A DNA stretch of 64,000 bases. Source: an uncultured Actinomycetes bacterium. GTDB taxonomy: Bacteria > Actinomycetota > Thermoleophilia > Gaiellales > Gaiellaceae. The position numbers were made by a program, and so were the translations under genes. The DNA lies in the NCBI GenBank assembly GCA_963789895.1, contig CAWBMC010000002.1:276548-340547 (forward strand). The letters run 5' to 3'. Each line of letters begins with the position of its first letter. The first letter of the stretch is position 1. A model generated the notes under the pieces. The model searched no databases. It was given only the letters and a program-made list of their open reading frames with translations, and was not told the origin of the DNA. Positions 9,945 through 19,856 of the stretch are shown here, one piece after another.

Positions 9945-11854
9945 TCAATTGGGCATCTGCGGCACAGCCTGCGCTCGAAGTCGCGCAGCTTCTTGTGCAA
10001 CCTTCGCCCGGATCTCCGGGGGCACGTCGGGATTGATATCGACGAGCGCGACGGCGTCGTCGACGAGTCCGAGCTCGACGTCCGCGCCCGGCGGCAGCCG
10101 TCCCTCCAGATACCAGCTCACGGTCGACTCGACGAGGCGGTCGTAGCGCAGGGAGGCAGACGCGAGAACGTGCGGGCCGAATTGCGAGCGATCCTCTCCG
10201 CCATTCGCGACGCCCCACACGCCGCGAATGGCGGCGGCCGTGAACGCGCCCAGCGCGCAGTCGCCTGCCACGGCGAAGACGACGCCTGAGCCGGCGTCGA
10301 TCTGCCGGTTCGCGATCCTCTCGCAGATCGCCTGGTCGTCGTACTCGAATGAGTATTCACTGCGGATATTCACGCCGGGAAGCGCGCGCCGCACCCCCGT
10401 CGAGAACCCTTGAACCAAGATCCGCTGTTGCGGGAAGTTCGGCTCTCCGCTGATGATCGAGACCATGTGCCGGCGGTTCTTGGGCAGTGTTCGCCGGGCC
10501 TCCATGAGGCCGCTCAGGTAGCCGGCGAGATGGGCAGCCTCGCCGGCTCGTAGCGTCAGCGCGGTGGCATTGGAGGCACCTCCGAGCTCGACCCCCTGCA
10601 CACAGCAGTAGTCGAGGAAGACGAACCGCGTCTCGGGGTGCTGGGGGACGACGTCGAAGAACCGCGGCCCCGTGAGCCCGAGAGGCCACAACACGAGGTC
10701 GAACTCACCGGATCGGAGCCGCGCAGACAGCCTCTCCACATCTTTTTGCGAGCCCGGCTCGAAGCCCCCCAACGGCGGGCGGCGCGGGAATAGGTCGACG
10801 ATCTCGGTCTCGAGCTCATGATTGTGTTCAGCTTCCAGGAGCCCGTCCACAAACGACCCCCAACCCGCTTCGTCGCGGCTGCCGAGGCCGCCTGGATCCC
10901 ACATTCGGATCAGGGCGACCCGAGTCGAGCCCCTGGACCCTGGCAAGCCTGCATCGGTCAGGACGAACTGGCGGAGAGCAACCGCCGTCACGGCGACAGC
11001 CAGCGCACCCGCCAGGACAATCGCAGACAGTCTCCGTGCTCTCGGCCTCGTTGGCTGACCGTCGCGGGTCTGCACCGGCCGCGCCGGCGTCCGAAGGTGA
11101 GGCTCCTGCCGGACGATCTGCCCTGCGAGGCGCTGAAGCTCCTCGCCCGGCCGGAGGCCGAGCTCGCCGAGGTCGCGCCGTGTCCGCTCGTAGACCTCGA
11201 GGGCCTCGACGTGGCGACCCGAGCGATAGAGCGCGACCATGAGCTGTGCGACGAGGCGCTCGCGATACGGTGTCTCCTCGACCAGCCGGCGCAGCTCCCC
11301 GAGGAGCTCGGCATGGCGGCCGAGAGCCAGGTCCGCATCGACGCGGATCTCAGACGCCCGCAGGCGAAGCTCGTCCAGGCGCTCGGCTTCCGCACGGCTC
11401 TCCCGGTGCAGCGTCACATCCGCGAGTACGGGGCCGTGCCAGAGGCCGAGTGCCTCCTTCGCGATGGACGCGGCGCGTGGATGGTCGCCGGCGTCCAGCG
11501 CCTGGGCTGCGTGGTCTACGAGGTCCTCGAAGACCTGCGAGTCGAGAACCGCCCTACCGAGGTCGATCCGGTAGCCGCCCCCCCGTCGCTCGATGGCAAC
11601 CCCGTACGGGGAGAGAGCCCGGCGCAGCCGGGACACGTATGACTCCAGGCTGTGCGCTGCGGACGCCGGGGGATCATCGCCCCAGACCTCGTCGACCAAG
11701 AGCTCGGCGGGCACGACCTCGTACCTGCGGAGAAGCAGGGCTGCGAGAAGAGCCCGCTGCTTGTGCCCGCCGAGCTCGAGTGCGCGTTCCCCGACCTCGG
11801 CCTCGAGCGCGCCGAGAATGCGAAACCGGAGAGGTGGTGACTCGCCCGTGCCAT
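9945..11854 (-). CDS. SARP (OmpR wHTH + BTAD) regulator fused through a TM helix to an extracytoplasmic BMP/PnrA-type binding domain; 5' end appears frameshifted
   Basis: In frame upstream of the tracked start: FRILGALEA..LELGGHKQRALLAALLL; also LWHGPVL, PYRERLVAQLMVALYRSGR; TM LSAIVLAGALAVAVTAVAL; BMP-like AAHLAGYLSG, QIDAGSGVVFAVAGDCALG, HVLASA. Confidence 0.88.
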
Positions 11855-11894
11855 CTAGCTAACCACGCTTGGCGGTTCCCGGACAGCAGACGAC

Positions 11895-11923
11895 TTCGAG
11901 CTTCTTGCGAGCCGGCTGCAAGG
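11895..11923 (+). promoter_or_regulatory. Putative SARP operator: three direct repeats with 11-bp phasing
   Basis: ttcgag (11895), tgcgag (11906), tgcaag (11917), upstream of the divergent gene at 11973. Confidence 0.65.
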
Positions 11924-11972
11924 ACGCCCATGAACCTCCAGGGCGACATGAGTTCCCCCAACGGAGGTAGAC

Positions 11973-12467
11973 ATGAAAGCGATACAGGCCCTACTCGCCG
12001 CGCTCGTCGCGACGATCATCCTGGCGTCTGTTGCGGCGGCCGGCCCTGAGGCAGCGAAACAGCGGGTGGTGATCGACATGAAGATCTACCCGCAAGAGAC
12101 GTTTGCGCTCACGCCGATGCAGGCCGGCGCGCTGAAGCCGGATTCAGGCACGATCAGCAGCAACTGGACGAGCATCCCGGAGCGAGTTGTGATCCGTAAC
12201 GGGCAGAGAGTCGGCATCTACGACGGTGCCGTGACGACGCTTACCGGGAAGCGGGGAACCCTCACGATTCGCGACCGGAACGAGTGGATCGACTTCGGAT
12301 ACGACGGGAACGGCGACGGCGAGAGCGACGGCATCGGCATCACCACCTGGAAAGTCGTGCGCGGGACCGGCCAGTACGCCGGGATCGTCGGCAAGGGCCG
12401 GGGTGGCCATATAGGTCTCGGTAACCCGTGGTATGCACGCTACGAGGGCTTCCTGACCCGTCCGTAG
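11973..12467 (+). CDS. Secreted hypothetical beta-rich protein
   Basis: GGAGGT RBS; signal peptide MKAIQALLAALVATIILASVAAA; TWKVVRGTGQYAGIVGKG (AOC/dirigent-barrel-like); DGNGDGESD loop. Confidence 0.85.
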   Translation: MKAIQALLAALVATIILASVAAAGPEAAKQRVVIDMKIYPQETFALTPMQAGALKPDSGTISSNWTSIPERVVIRNGQRVGIYDGAVTTLTGKRGTLTIRDRNEWIDFGYDGNGDGESDGIGITTWKVVRGTGQYAGIVGKGRGGHIGLGNPWYARYEGFLTRP

Positions 12468-12657
12468 ATGCGCTGAAACAGACGGGGCGGTGCGCGAGGG
12501 CGCGCCGCTCCGTCCGCCGGCTGGATGGCTCTCTAACGCGCCGGCCCTCCTCCAACCCGCGCTCGTCAGCCGCAGAGCTCGCGAGCTCAGACCGACGGAA
12601 GCGTTGCGCCCCGTTCGACCAGTTGATGAGTGCTAGTGGCTGGTGAGGCCAGAACAG

Positions 12658-12693
12658 GCTGCCCGAGGGTTCAGGAATGTTCCCTGAGACACG
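12658..12693 (+). repeat. Direct repeat copy 2
   Basis: gctgcccgagggttcaggaatgttccctgagacacg, matching 9839-9873. Confidence 0.85.
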
Positions 12694-13030
12694 CGGCGCT
12701 CAGTCAGCGTTGACCTGGCGTGTCCCGGTTACGAACGCGCACTGGGGCGAAGAGCGATGATCACGCCGACGTAGAAGCACATCGCATCAAGAACGAGTTC
12801 GACGCGATGCCCGACCCACAGCAGGCCGTCGAGAAGCTCGAACAACTCACCGGCCGCCAACCCCTGCAGCACGGAAGCTGACCCCCTGACGATCGCTGGG
12901 AAGCGGACGCCGGCCAACAGCTACCAACGCGTTGCGGACGTTGATGGTCGAACCGAACGACCCTACGCGGAAGCGGCGTGGTGACCGTGGCTTGCCCCAG
13001 CGTGCTCTCGCTTGAGAGACGATCGGCCGG

Positions 13031-13774
13031 TTAGGAGGCGCGGAGCGCGTCCCGCATCGTCTGGATCGGCGCCGGCAGGCCCGTCCAGCGCTCGAAGGAG
13101 GCGACACCCTGGAAGAGGAGCACGTCGAGGCCGTCGACGACGATGTCGCAGCCCGCCTGCTCCGCCGCCGCCACGAGTGCCGTCGCCGAGCCGTCCGCGT
13201 TGTAGGCGAGGTCGACCACCTGCATGCCCGGTGACGGCGGCACGATCAGCTCCTCCTTCACCGGCGTGCAGTTGACGAGCACGTCGAACCCGTCGCCCGT
13301 CGGCGGCCAGTCCGCGTCGCGCCGGCCGCGGACGACGACCTCGGCGCCCACCCCGACGAGCGCGGCGGCGACCGCCTTCGACGCGCCGCCCGTCCCCAGC
13401 ACGAGCACGCGCCGGCCGTGCGCCTCGATCTGGTCGGTGACCGCGGCGCCGTCGGTCGAGCTGCCGAGCACGTGACCGTCGCGCACGACGAGCGTGTTGA
13501 CGGAGCCGGCGCGCTCGGCCACCTCGTCGAGCTCGTCGCAGAGCGCCATCACGGCCTCCTTGTGCGGCATCGTCACGTTGGCTCCCGCGAAGCCGGTTGC
13601 CACGAGCCCGCGGACGCCGTCGCCGAGCAGCTCCGGCGCGGTCGGTAGCGGCACGTAGGCCCAATCGAGCCCCAGGGAGTGAAACCCCGCGTTGTGCATC
13701 CGCGGCGACAGCGAGTCGGCCCGCGGCCAGCGGAACAGCCCGACGAGCGTGGTCGTGCCGTGGATCTCGATCAC
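13031..13774 (-). CDS. aroE: Shikimate dehydrogenase
   Basis: SLSPRMHN, GANVTMPHK, GSVNTL, GTGGA, NCTP, DGLDVLLFQG. Confidence 0.93.
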   Translation of the reverse strand: MIEIHGTTTLVGLFRWPRADSLSPRMHNAGFHSLGLDWAYVPLPTAPELLGDGVRGLVATGFAGANVTMPHKEAVMALCDELDEVAERAGSVNTLVVRDGHVLGSSTDGAAVTDQIEAHGRRVLVLGTGGASKAVAAALVGVGAEVVVRGRRDADWPPTGDGFDVLVNCTPVKEELIVPPSPGMQVVDLAYNADGSATALVAAAEQAGCDIVVDGLDVLLFQGVASFERWTGLPAPIQTMRDALRAS

Positions 13775-13817
13775 GTGCGCAGCCTAGAAGCTACGACGCC
13801 CCACCGGGTCATCGCCT

Positions 13818-14681
13818 TCAGGAGCAGGCATAGCCGTACTCGCACACCTTGCGCAGGAACTCGGGCTCGCTGGCGGTGAAGAAGTGGCGCTTCGTACCGG
13901 GGACGCGCACGTAGTAGAGGTAGTCGACGCGGGCCGGGTGCGCAGCCGCCTTCAGGGAGGCGAGACCGGGGTTCGCGATCGGCGTCGGCGGCAGCCCCGG
14001 GAAGCGGCGGGTGTTGTACGGCGAGCCGCTGCGGATCGCCGCCTTCGTGAGCGACTCCGTGCCGGGGATGTGCAGTCCGTAGCGGAGCGTCGCGTCGATC
14101 CCGAGCGGCATCCGGTTCCGCAACCGGTTGTAGATGACAGCGGCCACGAGCCGCCGCTCCTTCGGCACGACCGTCTCCTTCTCGATCATCGAAGCGATCC
14201 TGAGCACGTCGTACGGCGTCAGGTTCTTCGACTTCGCATAGCGGAGGTCGAGCGAGCCGAACCGGCGGCGGAAGGCGGCCAGCTGGTCGGCGACCAGCTC
14301 CTTCCCCGTCGTGTACTGGGAGAACTCGTACAGCGCCGGAAAGAGGAAGCCCTCGATCGAGCGGTGCTTCCAGTCGGCCAGGAACGGCTTCGGCGGCCGC
14401 GCCGCGCCGGTCGCCGCGAGGTAGGCCTGCTTCGTGAGCCGGGGCGTGACACCACGCTTCTGCTTCGCTATGGCGCGCACCGCGTCGACCCGGTCGCCCA
14501 TCTCGGCGACGCTGAAGCCCTCCGGGAAGATGATGCGCAGCCGCTCCAGCGGCGGCGTCGTCTCCGTCGGCGGCGGGGTCGGCTCGCTGTCCGACCCGCA
14601 GCCCGCGGCGATCACGGCGACGACCGCGAGGCAGACGAAGGCGAGCTTGTGTTGATTCAACACAAGCTCAGGACCCACCAC
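13818..14681 (-). CDS. mltG: Endolytic transglycosylase MltG
   Basis: EGFLFP, IASMIEKE, VIYNRL, SPYNT, GLPPTPIANPG; lipobox-like AAGC. Confidence 0.93.
   Translation of the reverse strand: MVGPELVLNQHKLAFVCLAVVAVIAAGCGSDSEPTPPPTETTPPLERLRIIFPEGFSVAEMGDRVDAVRAIAKQKRGVTPRLTKQAYLAATGAARPPKPFLADWKHRSIEGFLFPALYEFSQYTTGKELVADQLAAFRRRFGSLDLRYAKSKNLTPYDVLRIASMIEKETVVPKERRLVAAVIYNRLRNRMPLGIDATLRYGLHIPGTESLTKAAIRSGSPYNTRRFPGLPPTPIANPGLASLKAAAHPARVDYLYYVRVPGTKRHFFTASEPEFLRKVCEYGYACS
14643..14669. repeat. Palindromic element (gagcttgtgttga-t-tcaacacaagctc)
   Basis: Perfect 13-bp arms; related copies at 40785 and 56807. Confidence 0.9.
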
Positions 14682-15066
14682 GCGATCGACCGCCGTCGAG
14701 CCAGCTCTGCAGGAGGTGGGCGGCTGCAAGCGCGTCGTCCGGGGTGTCGGACGCGTGGCGCTGGGCGAGCGTCGTCGTGAAGCGCTCGTCGTACATCTCG
14801 ACGGGGACGGCGATCCGCTCGGAAAGCACGGTCACGAAGGCGTCCGTCTCGAGAGCCTGCTGCCCCCGCTCACCGCGCAGCGTCAGCGGCAGCCCCACGA
14901 CGACACGCTCAGCGTCGAGCTCCTCGACGAGCGCCGCGATCCGGTCCAGCCCCGCCTCCGCCGCTGCGCGCTCGACGACGCAAACGGGTCGGGCCAGCGT
15001 GCCGGTCGCGTCGGAGACGGCGACGCCGGTCCGCGCGGCACCGTAGTCGAGCGCGAGCACGCGCAT
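14668..15066 (-). CDS. ruvX: RuvX/YqgF pre-16S rRNA nuclease
   Basis: LALDYGAARTGVAVSD, VVGLP, DERFTT; alaS-ruvX-mltG synteny. Confidence 0.95.
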   Translation of the reverse strand: MRVLALDYGAARTGVAVSDATGTLARPVCVVERAAAEAGLDRIAALVEELDAERVVVGLPLTLRGERGQQALETDAFVTVLSERIAVPVEMYDERFTTTLAQRHASDTPDDALAAAHLLQSWLDGGRSRGGS

Positions 15067-15068
15067 CG

Positions 15069-17624
15069 TTACAGGGCCTCGGTGAGAAGCCGCTCGGCCT
15101 CGGCGAGTGCCTCGGCGAGCCGCTCCGGATCCTTGCCGCCTGCACGCGCCATCGTCGGCCGCCCGCCGCCTGACCCGCCGACGAGAGCAGCCGCACCCTT
15201 GACGACGTCCCCCGCGCTGACCTTGTCCGCCACGGCCTGGTCGAAGTTGGCCACGATCTGCACGCGGCCGTCGTCGACGGCGCCGAGCACGACCGCTGCC
15301 GGCGCGTGCCGCTGCTTCAGCCGGTCGGAGAGCTCGAGCAGCGCGTCGCCGCTGAATCCCTCCACAGCCTGGACGACGACGTTGAAGCCGTTCAGCTCGC
15401 GCACGTCCGGCTCCGGGTCGGCACGTGCGGCGGCAGTCGTTCCCTTGCGCCGGATCTCCTTGCGCAACTCGTCCATCTCACCGCGGATCTCGTCCAGCTC
15501 ACGCGAGCGCGCATGCAGGTATGCCCATGCCTCGCCCGAGGTGACAGCCTCGATGCGACGCGCGCCGGAACCCACCGACGACTCGGTGAGGATCGCGAAG
15601 GCCCCGATCTCGGCGGTCGAGCGCACGTGTGTGCCACCGCACAGCTCGGCCGAGTAGCCGGGGATCTGCACCACGCGGACGATGTCCCCGTACTTCTCGC
15701 CGAAGAGCATCATCGCGCCGAGCGTCCGCGCCTCCGCGATGGGAGTCTCGAACGTGACCACGGGGTGGTTCTCGAAGATCTTCTCGTTCACGCGGCGCTC
15801 CACCTCGTCGCGCTGCTCCGGTGTCAACGGCTGGTCGTGCGTGAAGTCGAAGCGCAGCTTGTCGGGGCGCACCGCGGAGCCGGCCTGCTTGACGTGCTCG
15901 CCGAGCACGTCGCGCAACGCCTGGTGCATGAGATGCGTCGCGGTGTGGTTCGCCATCGTCGGGAAGCGGGCACGCCAGGAGACCACTGCCTTGACCCTCG
16001 CCCCTGGTGTGAAGCCTTGGCCGCGGAAGACGAGCACCTGGTCGTCGCCCAGGCGATGTGCCTCGACGAGCTCGGCCCGCACCGACGGGTCGTCGTCGAG
16101 CTCGATCCAGCCGGAGTCCGTCACCTGACCACCGCCGGCCGCGTAGAAGGGCGACTCCCGCAGCTTGGCGAGGAACGTGCCGTCGCCGAGCTCCGCGACG
16201 GCACCGAGCTGCGTCAGCGCCTCGGTCTTCGCGTAGCCGACGAATGCGGTGACAAAGCCGGCGCCGGCGGCGAAGTCGGCAGCCTGCTGCGTCGAGCCCT
16301 TCTCCCCCGTGCCGCGCGAGATCTCCCGGTGCCGATCCATCTCCTCCCGGTAGCCGTCGACGTCGACGCGTTGACCGCGTTCGGCCGCCAGCTCGACGGT
16401 GAGCTCGATCGGAAAGCCGTAGGTCGCCGCGAGCCGGAACGCTTCATCGGCGCCGATGTCGGCACCGCCCTCCAGCGACTCGAACTCGCGCATGCCACGC
16501 TCGAGCGTCTCGCGGAAGCGCTCCTCCTCGGCGCGGACGACGCGCTCGATCTCGGCGGCGTGCTCGACGACCTCCGGGTACCAGGGCCCGACCTGCGCGA
16601 CGACGATCGCAGGCAGCGGGTAGACGGACGGGAGACCGATGCGGCGGGCCTGGACGACGGAGCGCCGGATGAGGCGCCGCAGGACATAGCCACGCCCCTC
16701 GTTCGACGGCGTCACTCCCTCGGCGATCAGGAACGTCGTGCCCCGCCCGTGGTCGCAGAGCACCCGATGTGCCTTGGTGGCGGCGGGTGACGTGCCGTAG
16801 GCGACGCCGGACTCCTGCTCGATCCAGTCCATGATGAGCTGGAAGCCGTCCGTGTCGAAGATCGAGTCGACATCCTGGAGCAGCATCGCGCCCCGCTCGA
16901 GCCCGAGACCGGTGTCGATGTTCTGCTGCGGCAACGGGGTCAGCGACCCGTCGCCGGCGAGGTCGAACTCCATGAAGACGAGGTTCCAGAACTCGATGAA
17001 GCGGTCGCAGGCCTCGCAGTTGGGGCCGCAACTCGGCCGACCGCAGCCATGTTCCGGGCCGCGGTCGTAGTGGAGCTCCGAGCAGGGGCCACACGGGCCT
17101 GTCTCTCCGGCGGGGCCCCAGAAGTTCTCGGAGCGGGGAAACGGGACGATCCGCTCTCGCGGCAGGCCCTTGCGCAGCCAGGCGTGGACGGCCACCTCGT
17201 CTTCGCCGAGCCCGAGCGTCGGATCGCCTGCGAAGACGGTGGCCCAGAGACGATCCGGCTCGAACCGCAGGTGCTCGACGACGAATTCCCAGGCGTAGTC
17301 GACGGCCCCGTCCTTGAAGTAGTCGCCGAACGAGAAGTTGCCGAGCATCTCGAACATCGATGCGTGCCTGGCGGTCAGGCCGACCTCGTCGAGGTCGGTG
17401 TCCTTCCCGCCCGCGCGAAGGCATTTCTGGACGGTTGTGAAGCGCGGCGCCGGCGGTTCCTTCGCACCTGAGAAGTACGGCTTCAACGGCTGCATGCCGG
17501 CCGAGATGAAGAGCGTGGAGGGATCCTCAGGCGGTGGCAGCAGCGACCACGAGGGAAAGCGCAGATGTCCGCGCTCCTCGAAGAAGCCGAGGAAGCCCTC
17601 GCGAAGCTCGGCGGTCGTACGCAC
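15069..17624 (-). CDS. alaS: Alanine--tRNA ligase
   Basis: AGMQPLKPYF, FEMLGNFSFGDYFK, NHTATH, ELCGGTHV, GGGRPTMARAGG. Confidence 0.98.
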   Translation of the reverse strand: MRTTAELREGFLGFFEERGHLRFPSWSLLPPPEDPSTLFISAGMQPLKPYFSGAKEPPAPRFTTVQKCLRAGGKDTDLDEVGLTARHASMFEMLGNFSFGDYFKDGAVDYAWEFVVEHLRFEPDRLWATVFAGDPTLGLGEDEVAVHAWLRKGLPRERIVPFPRSENFWGPAGETGPCGPCSELHYDRGPEHGCGRPSCGPNCEACDRFIEFWNLVFMEFDLAGDGSLTPLPQQNIDTGLGLERGAMLLQDVDSIFDTDGFQLIMDWIEQESGVAYGTSPAATKAHRVLCDHGRGTTFLIAEGVTPSNEGRGYVLRRLIRRSVVQARRIGLPSVYPLPAIVVAQVGPWYPEVVEHAAEIERVVRAEEERFRETLERGMREFESLEGGADIGADEAFRLAATYGFPIELTVELAAERGQRVDVDGYREEMDRHREISRGTGEKGSTQQAADFAAGAGFVTAFVGYAKTEALTQLGAVAELGDGTFLAKLRESPFYAAGGGQVTDSGWIELDDDPSVRAELVEAHRLGDDQVLVFRGQGFTPGARVKAVVSWRARFPTMANHTATHLMHQALRDVLGEHVKQAGSAVRPDKLRFDFTHDQPLTPEQRDEVERRVNEKIFENHPVVTFETPIAEARTLGAMMLFGEKYGDIVRVVQIPGYSAELCGGTHVRSTAEIGAFAILTESSVGSGARRIEAVTSGEAWAYLHARSRELDEIRGEMDELRKEIRRKGTTAAARADPEPDVRELNGFNVVVQAVEGFSGDALLELSDRLKQRHAPAAVVLGAVDDGRVQIVANFDQAVADKVSAGDVVKGAAALVGGSGGGRPTMARAGGKDPERLAEALAEAERLLTEAL

Positions 17625-17722
17625 AGGGCCGATCGTAGCGGCGGGTCAGACTGCGGCTCGTGCGTCGTGCCGCCGCAGCAGCGAGGCACGCGTTTCCGAC
17701 CGCGACCTCGCCGAGGCGCGCC

Positions 17723-18307
17723 TCAGGCAGCCTCGTCGGGAGGCTCGGGCGCAGGCGGCGGCTTCGGCGTCGGCTCCGGCCGCGGCCACGGCTCAGGTTC
17801 CGGTTGCGGCGGCGGGGGTGGCGTCGGCGCGGGGCGCTCCGCAGTCGGTGGCGTTCCCGTGGCGCGCAGGTCGTCGGCGAGATCCGCCTCGCGCTGCCGG
17901 GCCGCGTCCTTCGCCGCCGACATGGCGTCGCCGACGCTGCCGGTCTTGCGCAGCCACGAGAACCCGTGCGCGATGCCCGCCGCGACGCCCGAGACCTTCT
18001 CGACCGGCTTCGCGATCGCATAGCTGACCGCCCGCACCGCCGTGTCGGCGCTGTCCGCCATGGAGACGGCGCTGTCCGTGACGCTGTCCGCCTTGTCGAG
18101 CTGGTAGTTGATCCGGTCGACGGTGCCACCCGTCTTCACGATCACGGGCAGCAGGTCGCGCTCGGTACCGCGGATGAGCGACGAGACACGCCCGAAGAGC
18201 CCGCCGAGCTTGATCAGCATGTAGAGCGAGCCGAGACCGATTGCGACGAGGAACACCGCGAGGCCCCAGTAGGCGACGTCCCCTCCGGTGACGGCCAGCA
18301 CGCTCAC
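17723..18307 (-). CDS. DUF948-like membrane-anchored coiled-coil protein with Pro-rich tail
   Basis: N-terminal TM, heptad region, PEP repeats. Confidence 0.7.
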   Translation of the reverse strand: MSVLAVTGGDVAYWGLAVFLVAIGLGSLYMLIKLGGLFGRVSSLIRGTERDLLPVIVKTGGTVDRINYQLDKADSVTDSAVSMADSADTAVRAVSYAIAKPVEKVSGVAAGIAHGFSWLRKTGSVGDAMSAAKDAARQREADLADDLRATGTPPTAERPAPTPPPPPQPEPEPWPRPEPTPKPPPAPEPPDEAA

Positions 18308-18345
18308 CGGCGGGATCCTAGCGGCTCGCTCGTCTCGCCCTCACA

Positions 18346-19614
18346 TCAGACCGTGCTGTGGATCGCGACGATCGAGCCTGCGCCGACGACGGCATCGTCG
18401 ACGTACACCGCTGCAACCTGACCCGGGGCGACCGCCTCGACAGGCCGATCGAACCGGACACGGAAGCCGCCCTCCGTCTCCTCCACCGTCGCGGGAGCCG
18501 CCGACGCACGGTGGCGCACCTTCACGTCGGCCCGTTCGCAGTCCACGTACAGGCGGCCGCGCGCGGTGAGCTCGGTGCAGGCGAGCGACCGCCGCGGTCC
18601 GACGATCACGGTGGCGCTCTCGGGCTCGGTGCGCAGCACGTACAGGGGCTCGGCACCGGAGAGCCCGAGACCACGCCTTTGCCCGGCCGTGAAGCCCCAG
18701 ACCCCCTCGTGCCTGCCGATCGCATTCCCGTTCTCGTCGTCGATCGTGCCCGGCTCGTCGGCCACCCCGGCGCGCCGCAGAAAGGTCCTGTAGTCGCCCC
18801 CGCCGAGGAAGCACGCCTCCTGACTCTCGGCCCGCCGCGCAGCATCGAGACCAGCTGTCGCGGCCTCCGCGCGGGTCTCGTCCTTCATCTGCTCGCCGAG
18901 CGGGAAGCCGATCCCCTCCAGCAGCTCGGGGTCGACGGTCGCGAGCATGTACGACTGATCCTTGGCCGTGTCGGCTCCGCGCGCGACGAGCCGGACGCCG
19001 TTGCGCTCGACGACGCGCGCGTAGTGGCCCGTCCAGAGCGCGCCGGCTCCGGCGCGCCGCGCAAACGCGTGTAGCGCGTCGAAGCGGAAGGAGCCGTTGC
19101 AGCGCGTGCAGGGATTGGGTGTCAGCCCGGCCGCGTAGCCGTCGACAAACGGCGCCACGACAGCGTGGCGGAACTCGTCTCGGAGATCGAGCGTGATGTG
19201 AGGCAACCCGCGCTCGTGGCACGTCTGGCGTGCGGCGACCACAGCCGCGGGCGAGCAGCAGACCCGGTCGACATTCGGGCCCTGAGGGTCGACCCACAGC
19301 CGGAGGGTCACCCCCAAGGCGTTGGGCGCGGCGCGCACCAACGCGACGGCGCTGTCGACACCGCCGCTCATGGCGACGGCGACGCGCCCGGGGTCGGGCG
19401 CGGCCGTGAACACCTGCGCCAGCGCGTTCGCCAGCGCGTCGGCGGCGAGGGTCTCACCCGGGACGGCAGCTGCCTCGAGCAGCGTCAGACCCGCGAGGGG
19501 CCGAGCAAGGCCCGGCGCATCCGCCTCGACGATGCGGTCACCGTCGACCACGAGCCGCACCGCCGCATACGCGTCCCCGCGTGCCGAGTCGCCGACAACC
19601 TCGATTGGCGCCAT
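18346..19614 (-). CDS. mnmA: tRNA 2-thiouridylase MnmA with N-terminal extension
   Basis: VAMSGGVDS PP-loop, PNPCTRCN, TGHYARV, KDQSY, ESQEACF, TAGQRRGL, PGQ. Confidence 0.95.
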   Translation of the reverse strand: MAPIEVVGDSARGDAYAAVRLVVDGDRIVEADAPGLARPLAGLTLLEAAAVPGETLAADALANALAQVFTAAPDPGRVAVAMSGGVDSAVALVRAAPNALGVTLRLWVDPQGPNVDRVCCSPAAVVAARQTCHERGLPHITLDLRDEFRHAVVAPFVDGYAAGLTPNPCTRCNGSFRFDALHAFARRAGAGALWTGHYARVVERNGVRLVARGADTAKDQSYMLATVDPELLEGIGFPLGEQMKDETRAEAATAGLDAARRAESQEACFLGGGDYRTFLRRAGVADEPGTIDDENGNAIGRHEGVWGFTAGQRRGLGLSGAEPLYVLRTEPESATVIVGPRRSLACTELTARGRLYVDCERADVKVRHRASAAPATVEETEGGFRVRFDRPVEAVAPGQVAAVYVDDAVVGAGSIVAIHSTV

Positions 19615-19856
19615 CCGCTGAGGCTAGCGCCCGCCCGGCCGTCTCTGCCCCGAGCGCGGTCGGTCCGCGCGAGCATCGCGGCCGCGCGCCGCACCCCCCG
19701 CAGTGGGGGTGCGCGTCCCTGAGGTCACGCTATCGCGGAACTCCGCACACATGTGTGTCGAGTTCGTGCCGGGAGCGTGCCGCCCCCTCGCGAGCGCCAG
19801 AGACGACCAGAGCCCGGTGCCGAGCGGCCGATCTGCGCCCGGCTCGCGCCCGCTCG

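Noticed and set aside
12729-13016. Gene downstream of the second direct repeat
   Set aside because: Interrupted by stops with no recognisable motif; probably debris
7008-13030. Integron cassette array
   Set aside because: No intI, no clean RYYYAAC..GTTRRRY attC pairs, and mixed gene orientation
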